From: Wigglesworthia glossinidia endosymbiont of Glossina brevipalpis
GTDB lineage: Bacteria > Pseudomonadota > Gammaproteobacteria > Enterobacterales > Enterobacteriaceae
NCBI GenBank assembly: GCA_000008885.1
Contig: BA000021.3
Span: 540,001-572,000, forward strand
DNA: 32,000 nucleotides
Direction: 5' to 3'
Part shown: positions 1 to 8,682 of the stretch, piece after piece
Position numbering within the stretch: position 1 is the stretch's first letter
Layout: each line of letters begins with the position of its first letter
Program-made: the position numbers and the translations under genes
The notes under the pieces: generated by a model
The model's input: the letters and a program-made list of their open reading frames with translations, nothing else
Told to the model about the DNA's origin: nothing
Databases searched by the model: none

Positions 1-654
1 GGATTATTTGATAATTTAAATTATTTTAACGTTAAATTAATAGGAGGAGACTTAAATAAAGGTCCATTAAGTATTACTATCACAGCATGTGGAACAATTC
101 CAAAAAAAAAAATAAAAATGACTCGTTCTGGAGCTAAAATAAATGATTTGATTTATATTACTGGAACTTTAGGAGATAGTGCAGCTGGTCTTGCTATTTT
201 AATGAAAAATCTTAAAATAAACAATACAAACAGCAAAAAATATTTATTAAAACGTCATTTCAGACCTTCTCCAAGAATAAGAGAAGGTATAATGTTAAGT
301 AATTTTGCTAATTCAGCATGTGATATATCTGACGGAATTTTAATCGATTTAAAAAAAATACTTTCTTGTAGTAATTGTGGGGCTAATATTTATATAGATA
401 GAATTCCAATGTCCAATCATTTATTAAATAATGTTGAATATAAAAAAGCAATAAATTTCGCATTAAATGGCGGAGAAGACTATGAATTATGCGTCACTGT
501 TCCTATAAAAAAATATTACGAATTTAATTCTATGATAAAAAAAAATAAGATTTTTATTACATACATAGGAAATATTTGTTCAAAAAAAGTAGGATTGAAA
601 TTAATAGGAGATGTTGACATAATAAAAAAATCTGAAGGATATAAACATTTTTAA
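1..654 (+). CDS. thiL: Thiamine-monophosphate kinase ThiL, C-terminal part (5' end lies outside the window)
   Basis: Frame 1 is open from nt 1 (GLFDNLNYFNVKLIGGDLNKGPLSITITACGTIPKKKIKMTRSGAKINDLIYITGTLGDSAAGL...). This matches the conserved ThiL core (GGD..GPL.I..TA.G....TRSGAK.GD.IYVTGTLGD.AAGL). The track ORF 118..654 is only the part after an internal Met. pgpA follows, as in E. coli. TAA stop at 652-654. Confidence 0.9.
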   Translation, partial: GLFDNLNYFNVKLIGGDLNKGPLSITITACGTIPKKKIKMTRSGAKINDLIYITGTLGDSAAGLAILMKNLKINNTNSKKYLLKRHFRPSPRIREGIMLSNFANSACDISDGILIDLKKILSCSNCGANIYIDRIPMSNHLLNNVEYKKAINFALNGGEDYELCVTVPIKKYYEFNSMIKKNKIFITYIGNICSKKVGLKLIGDVDIIKKSEGYKHF

Positions 655-658
655 AATT

Positions 659-1159
659 ATGAAAAAAAATAGAAAATCTAAATTTTTTATTAATTTATTT
701 AACCCAATTAATATTATATCTACTTTTTTTGGAATCGGATTAATTCCGTATGTTTCTGGTACATTAGGATCTATTATTTCAATTATAATATGGTATTACT
801 CAAATAATATTTTTATAAAATATGAATGGATTTTTATCACCTTAGGAGTAATGCTAGGAATTTATTGTTGTGAAAAAACTTCTTTATACATAAAACATCA
901 TGATCATTATTGTATTATTTTTGATGAAATAGTAGGTATGTGGATAGTTTTGTTAAATTGTTCTATAAATGATTACAAATCTATAATATTAGGATTATTT
1001 TTTTTTAGAATATTTGATATTATAAAGCCTTGGCCAATTAATTGGATTAATAAAAACATTTTAAATGGATTTGGAATAATATTAGATGACTTATTAGCCG
1101 GGATTTATTCGTTAATAATGCTTTTTATTTATAATGCAATATTATTGTTTAATATGTAA
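659..1159 (+). CDS. pgpA: Phosphatidylglycerophosphatase A
   Basis: 166 aa. Motifs FGIGLIPYVSGTLGS, HDH..IIFDEIVGMW, FRIFDIIKPWPINW and GIILDDLLAG match E. coli PgpA. thiL-pgpA adjacency is conserved. ATG at 659. Confidence 0.9.
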   Translation: MKKNRKSKFFINLFNPINIISTFFGIGLIPYVSGTLGSIISIIIWYYSNNIFIKYEWIFITLGVMLGIYCCEKTSLYIKHHDHYCIIFDEIVGMWIVLLNCSINDYKSIILGLFFFRIFDIIKPWPINWINKNILNGFGIILDDLLAGIYSLIMLFIYNAILLFNM

Positions 1160-1308
1160 ATATAAATTTTTATTTAAAATATTTTATTTAAAAAAAAGAT
1201 TTTAATATATTACATAATAATAAATTTTTATTTTTCTAAAACTCTAAAAAATATTAGATACTATAATTTTATATATTAAAAAATTGAATAATAAAAATTT
1301 TTTATGAT

Positions 1309-1352
1309 AAAATAAAAATAATAATTTAAATTTAAATTATTATTTTTATTTT
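1309..1352. repeat. Perfect 44-nt palindrome (22+22 nt, all A/T) in the pgpA / regulator intergenic region
   Basis: aaaataaaaataataatttaaa|tttaaattattatttttatttt. I checked every one of the 22 position pairs as complementary around the centre at 1330/1331. The first mismatch is at 1308/1353. Confidence 0.95.
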
Positions 1353-1394
1353 TGAAAAACGGTTACATATAATATATTGAATATGGAGTAGCCG

Positions 1395-2198
1395 ATGAAA
1401 TATATAATTAATTCATTAGTTATTTTTGATACAATTGAATATAATCTAAGCTTATTTAAAAAAAAAAACAAACATATCAAATTATCACATTCTGCTGGAA
1501 GAGTTTTAGAAGAACTTATTAAATTTCATAAAAATTCTTCTCCAATATCAAGGGAATATCTTTTTAAGAATATTTGGATAATACATGGATTACAACCATC
1601 TAATGGAAATTTGAATCAACAAATTAGTTTAATAAGAAAAGGTTTAAAACATCTTGGATTAAACTCTTCAGTTATAGTAACAATTCCAAAAAAAGGTTTA
1701 AAATTAAATGATAAATTAAAGATAAAAAAGTTAGAAAAAAATAATGCAAAAGATTTCATAATAGATGAAATTAGTTCTTCTTTTAAGAAAAGAACTTTAT
1801 TTAATTTATCAAGAATAAATTTTAAATATAAAATTATTTTCTCTTTAATATCTTTTATAATATTATTTATCTTTTTTAGCATGTTTTATTCTTTTAAATA
1901 CAAAAATAACTTAAATCAAAAATTATATTTCTTTGATCAAGTAAATTCTTGCAAGGTATACACATTTCATCCTATTTCTATTTTAGAAAAAAAAGAATAC
2001 GACATTAAAGTTGCAGCAGCTTTTGAAGAAAATGATTATAAATGCAAAAAAAATTATATTGTAATAATATCAAAATTTGTTGTATCAGACGATAACTTAA
2101 TGAAAGAAGATAAAAAAACGAACACTTTTATAGAAAAGTGTTTCAGGGATAAAAATGAAAGAATTCTAAATTGTTTAAATTTATTTTTTGTAAGTTAA
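1395..2198 (+). CDS. ToxR/CadC-like membrane-anchored transcriptional regulator: N-terminal OmpR/PhoB-type winged helix, one TM segment, small Cys-containing C-terminal domain
   Basis: The N-terminus (HIKLSHSAGRVLEELIKFHKNSSPISREYLFKNIWIIHGLQPSNGNLNQQISLIRKGLKHLGLNSSVIVTIPKKGLKL) follows the CadC/ToxR winged-helix pattern (L..L......SR..L...VW.......L...IS.LRK.L.......I.TVPK.GYKL). A hydrophobic segment KIIFSLISFIILFIFFSMFYSF lies at about aa 146-167. A C-terminal region of about 100 aa carries 4 Cys. A GGAG Shine-Dalgarno sits 6 nt upstream of the ATG. Confidence 0.6.
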   Translation: MKYIINSLVIFDTIEYNLSLFKKKNKHIKLSHSAGRVLEELIKFHKNSSPISREYLFKNIWIIHGLQPSNGNLNQQISLIRKGLKHLGLNSSVIVTIPKKGLKLNDKLKIKKLEKNNAKDFIIDEISSSFKKRTLFNLSRINFKYKIIFSLISFIILFIFFSMFYSFKYKNNLNQKLYFFDQVNSCKVYTFHPISILEKKEYDIKVAAAFEENDYKCKKNYIVIISKFVVSDDNLMKEDKKTNTFIEKCFRDKNERILNCLNLFFVS

Positions 2199-2226
2199 AA
2201 TATAATTTATTTAAAGATCAAGTAAA

Positions 2227-2299
2227 TGGCCCTTGCTGGATTTGAACCAGCGACCAAGCGATTATGAGTCGCCTGCTCTTACCTCTGAGCTAAAGGGCC
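2227..2299 (-). tRNA. ileX: tRNA-Ile2 (anticodon CAT, lysidine-modified type), 73 nt, no genomically encoded 3' CCA
   Basis: The reverse complement reads GGCCCTTTAGCTCAGAGGTAAGAGCAGGCGACTCATAATCGCTTGGTCGCTGGTTCAAATCCAGCAAGGGCCA. It folds as a cloverleaf: 7-bp acceptor GGCCCTT/AAGGGCC, anticodon stem GGCGA/TCGCT, loop CTCATAA. From memory, it is near-identical to E. coli ileX across the anticodon arm and variable loop, and it lies next to rpoD as in E. coli. The discriminator A is followed by TTTACT, not CCA. Confidence 0.92.
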
Positions 2300-2373
2300 T
2301 GAATAAAATAAACTTTAATTATATCAAATATATATTTTTTTTCAAAAATATATTTTTTTAAAATCACAATTAA

Positions 2374-4179
2374 TTAATCGTCTAAAAAGCTACGCAAAAT
2401 TTCAGAACGACTTGGATGACGTAATTTTCTTAAAGCTTTTGCTTCAATTTGTCTAATTCTTTCTCTTGTTACATCAAATTGTTTTCCTACTTCTTCTAAA
2501 GTATGATCAGTGCTCATATCAATTCCAAATCTCATTTTCAATACTTTTGCTTCTCTTGCTGTTAAACCAGACAATACATCATGAGTAGCGGATCGCAAAC
2601 TTTCTGATGTAGCAGAATCAAGAGGTAAATCTAAAGATGTATCTTCTAAAAAATCTCCTAAATGTGAATCTTCGTCATCTCCTATTGGAGTTTCCATAGA
2701 TATTGGTTCTTTTGCTATTTTAAGAACTTTTCTTATTTTATCTTCTGGTATTAACATTTTTTCTGACAGTTCTTCTGGAGTAGGTTCTCTTCCTATTTCT
2801 TGTAGCATTTGCCTAGATATTCTATTTAATTTATTTATTGTTTCAATCATATGAACTGGTATTCTGATAGTTCTAGCTTGATCTGCAATAGATCTGGTAA
2901 TTGCTTGTCTAATCCACCATGTTGCATATGTAGAAAATTTATAACCCCTTCTGTATTCGAATTTATCTACAGCTTTCATTAGACCTATATTTCCTTCTTG
3001 TATTAAATCTAAAAACTGCAATCCTCTATTGGTGTATTTTTTAGCTATAGATATTACTAATCTTAAATTTGCTTCAACCATTTCTTTTTTAGCTCTTTTA
3101 GCTTTTGCCTCTCCAATAGACATTCTTTTATTTATATCTTTTGCTTGTTCTATAGTTATTCCTGAATTAATTTCTATTATTTTTAATTTATTTAATATCA
3201 GACATATAGGTTTATTCAATTTATAAAGTTTTCTAGACCAAGGTTTATCTAAAGATAAAGCTTTTTTCAACCAAACATCATTTGTTTCATTTCCAGAAAA
3301 CAAAGAAATAAAAAATTTTTTAGGCATTTTGCATATATTAACGCATATTCTCATGATTCTTCTTTCATAAAACCTAATTTTTTCTATTTCTGACCTTATT
3401 ATAAATACTAAATAATCAAATTGTTTTGGAACTAATCTAAATTGTTTAAATATATCTGCAAGATAAATTATTTCTTTAATAGAAAATTCATGCATTCTTC
3501 CATATTCTTTTATAGTATTAAACGATATTTTATATTGTTCTTGTAATTCAATAAATCTTTTATTAGCCAATTCTTTATCTATATCAATTTCTTCTGAAGT
3601 GTTGTTTTCCTCTTCGCTAGAAATATCTTCCGTATTTAAATCAATATTGGAAGAGTCAACTACTATGTTCGGATCAACAAAACCAGTAATTAATTCTGAT
3701 AATTTTGATTCACCTGTAGTGGTTTTTTTGTATTGATCTAAAAGATAAATAATTGCTTTTGGATATTCTACAATCGCACATTGAATTTGATTTATTCCAT
3801 ATTCTATGCGTTTAGCAAGATCTATTTCGCCTTCTCTTGTCAATAGCTGTACACTTCCCATTTCTCTCATGTACATTCTAACCGGATCTGTAGTTTTTCC
3901 AAATTCTGATTCTACATTTGATAAAACCTGAGCGGCTGCTTCAGCTACATCTTCGTCTGAATTATTATTAGAATCTGGAAGCAATAAGTTTTCTGAATTT
4001 GGAGCTTCATCCATAACTTGTATTCCCATATCATTTATCATTTGAATGATATCTTCTATTTGATGGGAATCAATAATATTTTCTGGTAAAAAATCATTTA
4101 CTTCGGAAAAAGTCAAGTAGCCCTGTTCTTTACCACGAGTTACTAGTAGTTTAAGTTGTGACTGTTGATTTTTTTCCAT
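2374..4179 (-). CDS. rpoD: RNA polymerase sigma-70 factor RpoD
   Basis: 601 aa. N-terminus [18 protein letters not shown]. Regions 2-4 are highly conserved ([75 protein letters not shown] ... [34 protein letters not shown]). It has the rpsU-dnaG-rpoD operon order. Confidence 0.98.
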   Translation of the reverse strand: MEKNQQSQLKLLVTRGKEQGYLTFSEVNDFLPENIIDSHQIEDIIQMINDMGIQVMDEAPNSENLLLPDSNNNSDEDVAEAAAQVLSNVESEFGKTTDPVRMYMREMGSVQLLTREGEIDLAKRIEYGINQIQCAIVEYPKAIIYLLDQYKKTTTGESKLSELITGFVDPNIVVDSSNIDLNTEDISSEEENNTSEEIDIDKELANKRFIELQEQYKISFNTIKEYGRMHEFSIKEIIYLADIFKQFRLVPKQFDYLVFIIRSEIEKIRFYERRIMRICVNICKMPKKFFISLFSGNETNDVWLKKALSLDKPWSRKLYKLNKPICLILNKLKIIEINSGITIEQAKDINKRMSIGEAKAKRAKKEMVEANLRLVISIAKKYTNRGLQFLDLIQEGNIGLMKAVDKFEYRRGYKFSTYATWWIRQAITRSIADQARTIRIPVHMIETINKLNRISRQMLQEIGREPTPEELSEKMLIPEDKIRKVLKIAKEPISMETPIGDDEDSHLGDFLEDTSLDLPLDSATSESLRSATHDVLSGLTAREAKVLKMRFGIDMSTDHTLEEVGKQFDVTRERIRQIEAKALRKLRHPSRSEILRSFLDD

Positions 4180-4258
4180 AAAAAATAAATAACCTCAAGT
4201 GATATATTATAAATCTATTAAATTATATTTAAATAAAAAAAGTTCTATTTAAAAATTT

Positions 4259-6007
4259 TTATTTTTTTGATAATTTTTTGTTTATACACCATAGTTCTTT
4301 TTTTTCTTCAACGCTTAAATCTTGAATTCTAGCACGAGAAATTAGAATATTTTGTCGTGAAACTAATATTATTTTATATAAACTTGATAAGGTTTCAATG
4401 AATATCTGTTTTATTAAATTTTCTGAAATCATATGATCCCAAATTGCTAAATTTTCAAGATGATTATGATATTTTTTCCCTCTATAATGTTCAAGTATTT
4501 GACTTGTATTTATATTAGTATTATTTTTACATATTTTAATTAATTCTATAAAAAATGGAATTTCTTTTATTCTAATATTATATAATTTTATTTCATTTTT
4601 TTTAGATATTAATTTTGATAATTTAGGATTTTGAATCAATAATCCAATTAGAGTATTCATAATATTGTTTTTATATTTTATTTGTTTATTTTTTTTATAT
4701 TTTATTTCTTTTAAAGATAAAAATTTTTCTAATTGGTAATCTTCTAGTATTCCTATTTTATAGCCTATTTCTTTTCTAATATATAATCGTAAATTTTTTC
4801 CTGGAATTTTTTTTATTATAGGTAAAATTAATTTTATAAATTTTACTTTTCCGTCTAAATGATATAAATTAGATTTCTTTATCAAAGTATCAAATAAAAA
4901 AGATGACATTGGTTTTGCATCTTCAATAAGAATTTCAAATGATTTTTTTCCTATTTTTCTTATTAAAGAATCAGGATCTTCGTTGTTTGGAAGAAATATA
5001 AAAAAAATTTCTCTTCCATCTTCAAGGTAAGACAATGAATTTATCAATGTTTTCCATGCAGATCTTCTACCAGCGGAATCTCCGTCATAACAACAAATAA
5101 TTTTATTTGTTAATCTAAAAATTATTTTTATTTGAAAAGGTGTTGTGCATCCTAAAGAAGCTACAGAATAATAAATTCCATATTGGGATAAAGAAATAAC
5201 GTCAAAATATCCTTCTACTAAAAGTATTTTTAATATTTTTATTTTTCTTTTTTTTATTTCATAAATTCCATACAAATAATTACTTTTTTTAAATATTAAT
5301 GTTTCTTTAGAATTTAAATATTTTGGAAAAAAATTATTTATAGATCTTCCTCCAAAGGCAATAACGTTTCCGTATTTATCTTTCATTGGAATCATTATTC
5401 TATTTTTAAATATATTGCTTAATTTTTTTTTTTCATTTATTAAAAAAATTCCAGAAGATTTTAATAAATAAAAATTTTGTAAAGATTGTTTTAAATAATT
5501 TAAAATATTAATATTTATACTAGAAAAACCAATAGAAAATTCTTCTATAGAATCAATATTCAAACCACGATTATTTAAATAATCGTTCGCTTCAATAAAA
5601 ATCTTTGAATTTAATATTTTTTTATATATCATGCTTACTTGGTTCATAAGTTTATATATATCACTTCTTTTTTTTAACTCTTCGTTGTTTATAATTTTTT
5701 TTGATTGTGCTTTTTTAAAAGCAAACCCTGCAATATTAGATAATTCTTCTATTGATTCTATAAAAGTTAAATTATTGTAATTCATTAAGAAATCAATTGC
5801 ATTTCCATGAATGCCACAACCAAAACAATGAAAAAACTGTTTTTCGTAACTTACAGAAAATGAAGGTGTTTTCTCTTGATGAAACGGACAGAGCGCGAAA
5901 TAATTTTTTCCTGATTTTTTTAAATTAATTATTGAACTAATCAGTTCAATTATGTTTATATTTTCTAACAATCTATTAATAAATAAATTTGAAATATAAG
6001 CATTCAT
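4259..6007 (-). CDS. dnaG: DNA primase DnaG
   Basis: 582 aa. Zinc-ribbon CPFHQEKTPSFSVSYEKQFFHCFGCGIHGNAIDFLM and TOPRIM region LLVEGYFDVISL...CCYDGDSAGRRSAW. It lies between rpsU and rpoD. Confidence 0.97.
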   Translation of the reverse strand: MNAYISNLFINRLLENINIIELISSIINLKKSGKNYFALCPFHQEKTPSFSVSYEKQFFHCFGCGIHGNAIDFLMNYNNLTFIESIEELSNIAGFAFKKAQSKKIINNEELKKRSDIYKLMNQVSMIYKKILNSKIFIEANDYLNNRGLNIDSIEEFSIGFSSININILNYLKQSLQNFYLLKSSGIFLINEKKKLSNIFKNRIMIPMKDKYGNVIAFGGRSINNFFPKYLNSKETLIFKKSNYLYGIYEIKKRKIKILKILLVEGYFDVISLSQYGIYYSVASLGCTTPFQIKIIFRLTNKIICCYDGDSAGRRSAWKTLINSLSYLEDGREIFFIFLPNNEDPDSLIRKIGKKSFEILIEDAKPMSSFLFDTLIKKSNLYHLDGKVKFIKLILPIIKKIPGKNLRLYIRKEIGYKIGILEDYQLEKFLSLKEIKYKKNKQIKYKNNIMNTLIGLLIQNPKLSKLISKKNEIKLYNIRIKEIPFFIELIKICKNNTNINTSQILEHYRGKKYHNHLENLAIWDHMISENLIKQIFIETLSSLYKIILVSRQNILISRARIQDLSVEEKKELWCINKKLSKK

Positions 6008-6066
6008 ATAACTTTTAAAAATTTTATTTTTATAAATTCATATTTATTTATTATTATCAATAATAA

Positions 6067-6282
6067 TTAATAAAATTTAGTTTTTTTTAAATTTTCTCTA
6101 GCCATTTTTTTTGCATGCCTCTTTATAGCAGAAGCTTTAGCTCTTTTTCTCTCAGTGGTGGGTTTTTCATAAAATTCTCTACGTCTTACTTCTGATAAAA
6201 TCCCAGCTTTTTCGCAAGATCTTTTGAATCTTCTCAACGCTACATCAAATGGTTCATTTTCTCTTATTTTAATAATTGGCAT
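6067..6282 (-). CDS. rpsU: 30S ribosomal protein S21
   Basis: [71 protein letters not shown] (71 aa) is nearly identical to E. coli S21. The track ORF starts 4 codons earlier at a TTG (6294). That extension contains the GGAG Shine-Dalgarno (6289-6292) serving the ATG at 6282, so I use the shorter start. Confidence 0.95.
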   Translation of the reverse strand: MPIIKIRENEPFDVALRRFKRSCEKAGILSEVRRREFYEKPTTERKRAKASAIKRHAKKMARENLKKTKFY

Positions 6283-6460
6283 TTTATTCTCCAATATTGT
6301 TATTAATTTTATTATATAAAATAATATTTATAAAAATTTTTGATAAAAAATTATTTTTTAATATATTACTTTAATATAAATTATACTAAAATAACAGTTA
6401 AACTTTTAATATTTTAAATAAAAATTTATAATTTAAAAATAAATATAATTTTAATATTTT

Positions 6461-7483
6461 ATGTTAATCCTAGGAATAGAAACATCTTGTGATGATACTG
6501 GAGCTGCAATTTATGATTTAGAAAAAGGACTAATTATACATAAAGTAATTAGCCAAAATAATATACATTCAAAATATGGAGGAGTAGTACCAGAAAAATC
6601 ATCTAAATATCATTTAAAAAACATACAACCTTTAGTTGAAAATATTTTCAAGAATTCTAATATATCTTTGTCTAAAATAGATGGAATAGCATACACTGCC
6701 GGTCCAGGTTTGGTTGGATCTTTAATAATAGGTGCAACATTTGCTTGTTCTTTAGCTTATACATTGCAAATACCATCAATAGCAATAAATCATTTAGAAG
6801 GTCATTTATTAACTCCAATGATAAAATATAAACGTCCAAAATTTCCTTTTTTGGGGTTAATTATTTCAGGAGCACATACTCAATTTGTATTAGCCGAAGA
6901 TATTGGGAAATATAAAATAATTGGAGATTGCTTAGATGACGCTTTAGGAGAAGCTTTTGACAAAGTAGCAAAATTATTAGGAATTAAATATCCAGGTGGA
7001 AAAAAGTTATCAATTATAGCAAAACAGGGGAATTCTAAAAGGTTTTTTTTTCCTAGACCTATGACAAAAAAACCAGGAATAAATTTTAGTTTTTCTGGAT
7101 TAAAAACTTATGCTAAAAATCTTGTATCTTCTTTTTCAAAAATAGATAATCAAACAAAATGCGATATAGCTCGTGCATTTGAAGATTCTATAATTGATAC
7201 TGTTATTATTAAATGCAAAAGAGCTTTGGATATAACTAATTCTAAAATATTGTTAATATCTGGAGGAGTTAGCGCAAATGAACCATTAAGAAAAAATTTA
7301 AGAAATTTAATGAAATCAAGAAATGGAAAATTATTTTTTTCAAAAAAATCTTTATGCACTGACAATGCAGCAATGATAGCTTATGTTGGTTCTATAAGAT
7401 TTAAAAAAAATAAAACAAAAGATCTATCAGTATTAATTAATCCTAAATGGTCATTAGAAGATATTTCACGACTTGAAAATTAA
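6461..7483 (+). CDS. tsaD: tRNA N6-adenosine threonylcarbamoyltransferase TsaD (YgjD/Gcp)
   Basis: 340 aa. Motifs ILGIETSCDDTGAAIYD, YGGVVPE, AYTAGPGLVGSLIIGA, HLEGHLL, GEAFDKVAKLLGIKYPGG, FSFSGLKT, GGVSAN and CTDNAAMIA. It is divergent from rpsU as in E. coli. Confidence 0.96.
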   Translation: MLILGIETSCDDTGAAIYDLEKGLIIHKVISQNNIHSKYGGVVPEKSSKYHLKNIQPLVENIFKNSNISLSKIDGIAYTAGPGLVGSLIIGATFACSLAYTLQIPSIAINHLEGHLLTPMIKYKRPKFPFLGLIISGAHTQFVLAEDIGKYKIIGDCLDDALGEAFDKVAKLLGIKYPGGKKLSIIAKQGNSKRFFFPRPMTKKPGINFSFSGLKTYAKNLVSSFSKIDNQTKCDIARAFEDSIIDTVIIKCKRALDITNSKILLISGGVSANEPLRKNLRNLMKSRNGKLFFSKKSLCTDNAAMIAYVGSIRFKKNKTKDLSVLINPKWSLEDISRLEN

Positions 7484-7486
7484 AAT

Positions 7487-7846
7487 ATGAATACTTTATT
7501 TATTAATAAATTATGTGTTATGACTTCAGTTGGAATTCATAAATGGGAAAAATCTATTTTACAAAAAATATTGTTAGATATTAAAATAAAATTAGATATA
7601 AAAAAAAATTTTTATTTAGATGATATAAGATATTCTATAGATTATACTAAAGTTCATAAAGAAGTTATTAATTTAATACAAAAAAAACATTTTAACTTGA
7701 TAGAAACAATAGCAATTGAATTATCAGATATGATAATAGATAAATTTTTAGTTAGCTATGTGAAAATAAAAATAACTAAACCTTCTGCGATACCAGAGGC
7801 GTTAAATGTAGGAATTATTATTGAAAAATATTTAAAGTCAAAATAA
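7487..7846 (+). CDS. folB: Dihydroneopterin aldolase FolB
   Basis: 119 aa. It is collinear with E. coli FolB (IFIE.L.V.T.IGV..WE....QKL..DI ... DY..V ... L.E..A.E.. ... V.IK..KP.A...A.NVG.IIE). It is followed by uppP as in E. coli (folB-bacA). Confidence 0.88.
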   Translation: MNTLFINKLCVMTSVGIHKWEKSILQKILLDIKIKLDIKKNFYLDDIRYSIDYTKVHKEVINLIQKKHFNLIETIAIELSDMIIDKFLVSYVKIKITKPSAIPEALNVGIIIEKYLKSK

Positions 7847-7878
7847 ATAATACTAAATAAAATAAATTTGGAATTATA

Positions 7879-8682
7879 ATGAAAGAGATTCTAATTATTA
7901 TTATTTTAGGAATAGTTGAAGGAATAACGGAGTTTTTTCCAATTTCTTCAAATGGTCATTTAATATTAATTAATTATATATTTAATATAGACAAAGAAAA
8001 CATACAAAATATAATAAAAATTATACAAATCGGTCCAATTTTTTCTATAATCCTTTTGTTTAAAGAAAAAATAAAAAAAAGCATTACTTTTTTTTATTTT
8101 AATATTAATAATATAAAAAAAAAATTAATATTAATTTTATTTAATTTAGTATTAAGTTGTATTCCTATATCAATTTTAGGATTTATGTTTTATAAAAAAT
8201 TAGAAGAATTTTATTCTCCTAAATATATTTCTTATTTTTTAATATTAGGCTCTATTTTTTTTATTTTATCAGAATTTATAAGTTTAAAAAAAATTAAAAT
8301 TGATAATTTTAAAAAAATAAGTTTTTTAAAATATTTTATTATTGGATCTTCTCAATGTTTTTCATTATTACCTGGAGTTTCTAGATTAGGAATAACAATT
8401 TCTATTGGATTAATTTTAAATATTGATAGATATGTATTGTTTAAATTTTCTATGATTTTATTTTCTTCAATAATGCCAGCAGTGCTTATTTTGGAAGTAT
8501 ATAAAAATTTTTTTTATTTAAAAGAAAATATTTTTTTTGTTATTATTGGTGTAATGTCTTCTTTTTTAACTTCATTGATTTTTGGAAGAACAGCTATTAA
8601 AATAATGAAAAATACATCTTTAATAATTTTTGCAATATATAGAATATTTATTGCATGTATTATACTTTTTACATGTAATTAA
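7879..8682 (+). CDS. uppP: Undecaprenyl-diphosphate phosphatase UppP (BacA)
   Basis: 267 aa polytopic membrane protein. N-terminal signature GIVEGITEFFPISSNGHL and second motif LLPGVSRLGITIS. It has the folB-uppP order. Confidence 0.93.
   Translation: MKEILIIIILGIVEGITEFFPISSNGHLILINYIFNIDKENIQNIIKIIQIGPIFSIILLFKEKIKKSITFFYFNINNIKKKLILILFNLVLSCIPISILGFMFYKKLEEFYSPKYISYFLILGSIFFILSEFISLKKIKIDNFKKISFLKYFIIGSSQCFSLLPGVSRLGITISIGLILNIDRYVLFKFSMILFSSIMPAVLILEVYKNFFYLKENIFFVIIGVMSSFLTSLIFGRTAIKIMKNTSLIIFAIYRIFIACIILFTCN

Noticed and set aside
1352-1378. A sigma-70 promoter for the regulator gene (TTGAAA at 1352-1357 with TATAAT at 1368-1373 or TATATT at 1373-1378).
   Set aside because: The spacers are 10 and 15 nt, outside the canonical 16-18 nt. 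TATAAT-like hexamers occur everywhere in DNA this A+T-rich. I mention it only as context for the palindrome and do not report it as a feature.
1616-1882. An 88-aa antisense ORF inside the ToxR-like gene. The same class of antisense ORFs occurs at 3029-3226, 7150-7365, 9067-9258, 10043-10357, 11154-11369, 15316-15498, 15814-16008, 22003-22293, 22833-23027, 24815-25057, 25421-25609 and 28957-29214.
   Set aside because: Each lies wholly antisense to a well-supported conserved gene. Each has the low-complexity I/F/K/L/N composition expected from reading A+T-rich DNA in a wrong frame. None shows a recognisable motif. In A+T-rich genomes stop codons are common, so these ORFs are short and few, as expected by chance.
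6283-6294. A four-codon N-terminal extension of rpsU (TTG start at 6294) given in the ORF track.
   Set aside because: The extension contains the GGAG Shine-Dalgarno for the ATG at 6282. S21 universally begins MP(V/I)IK.
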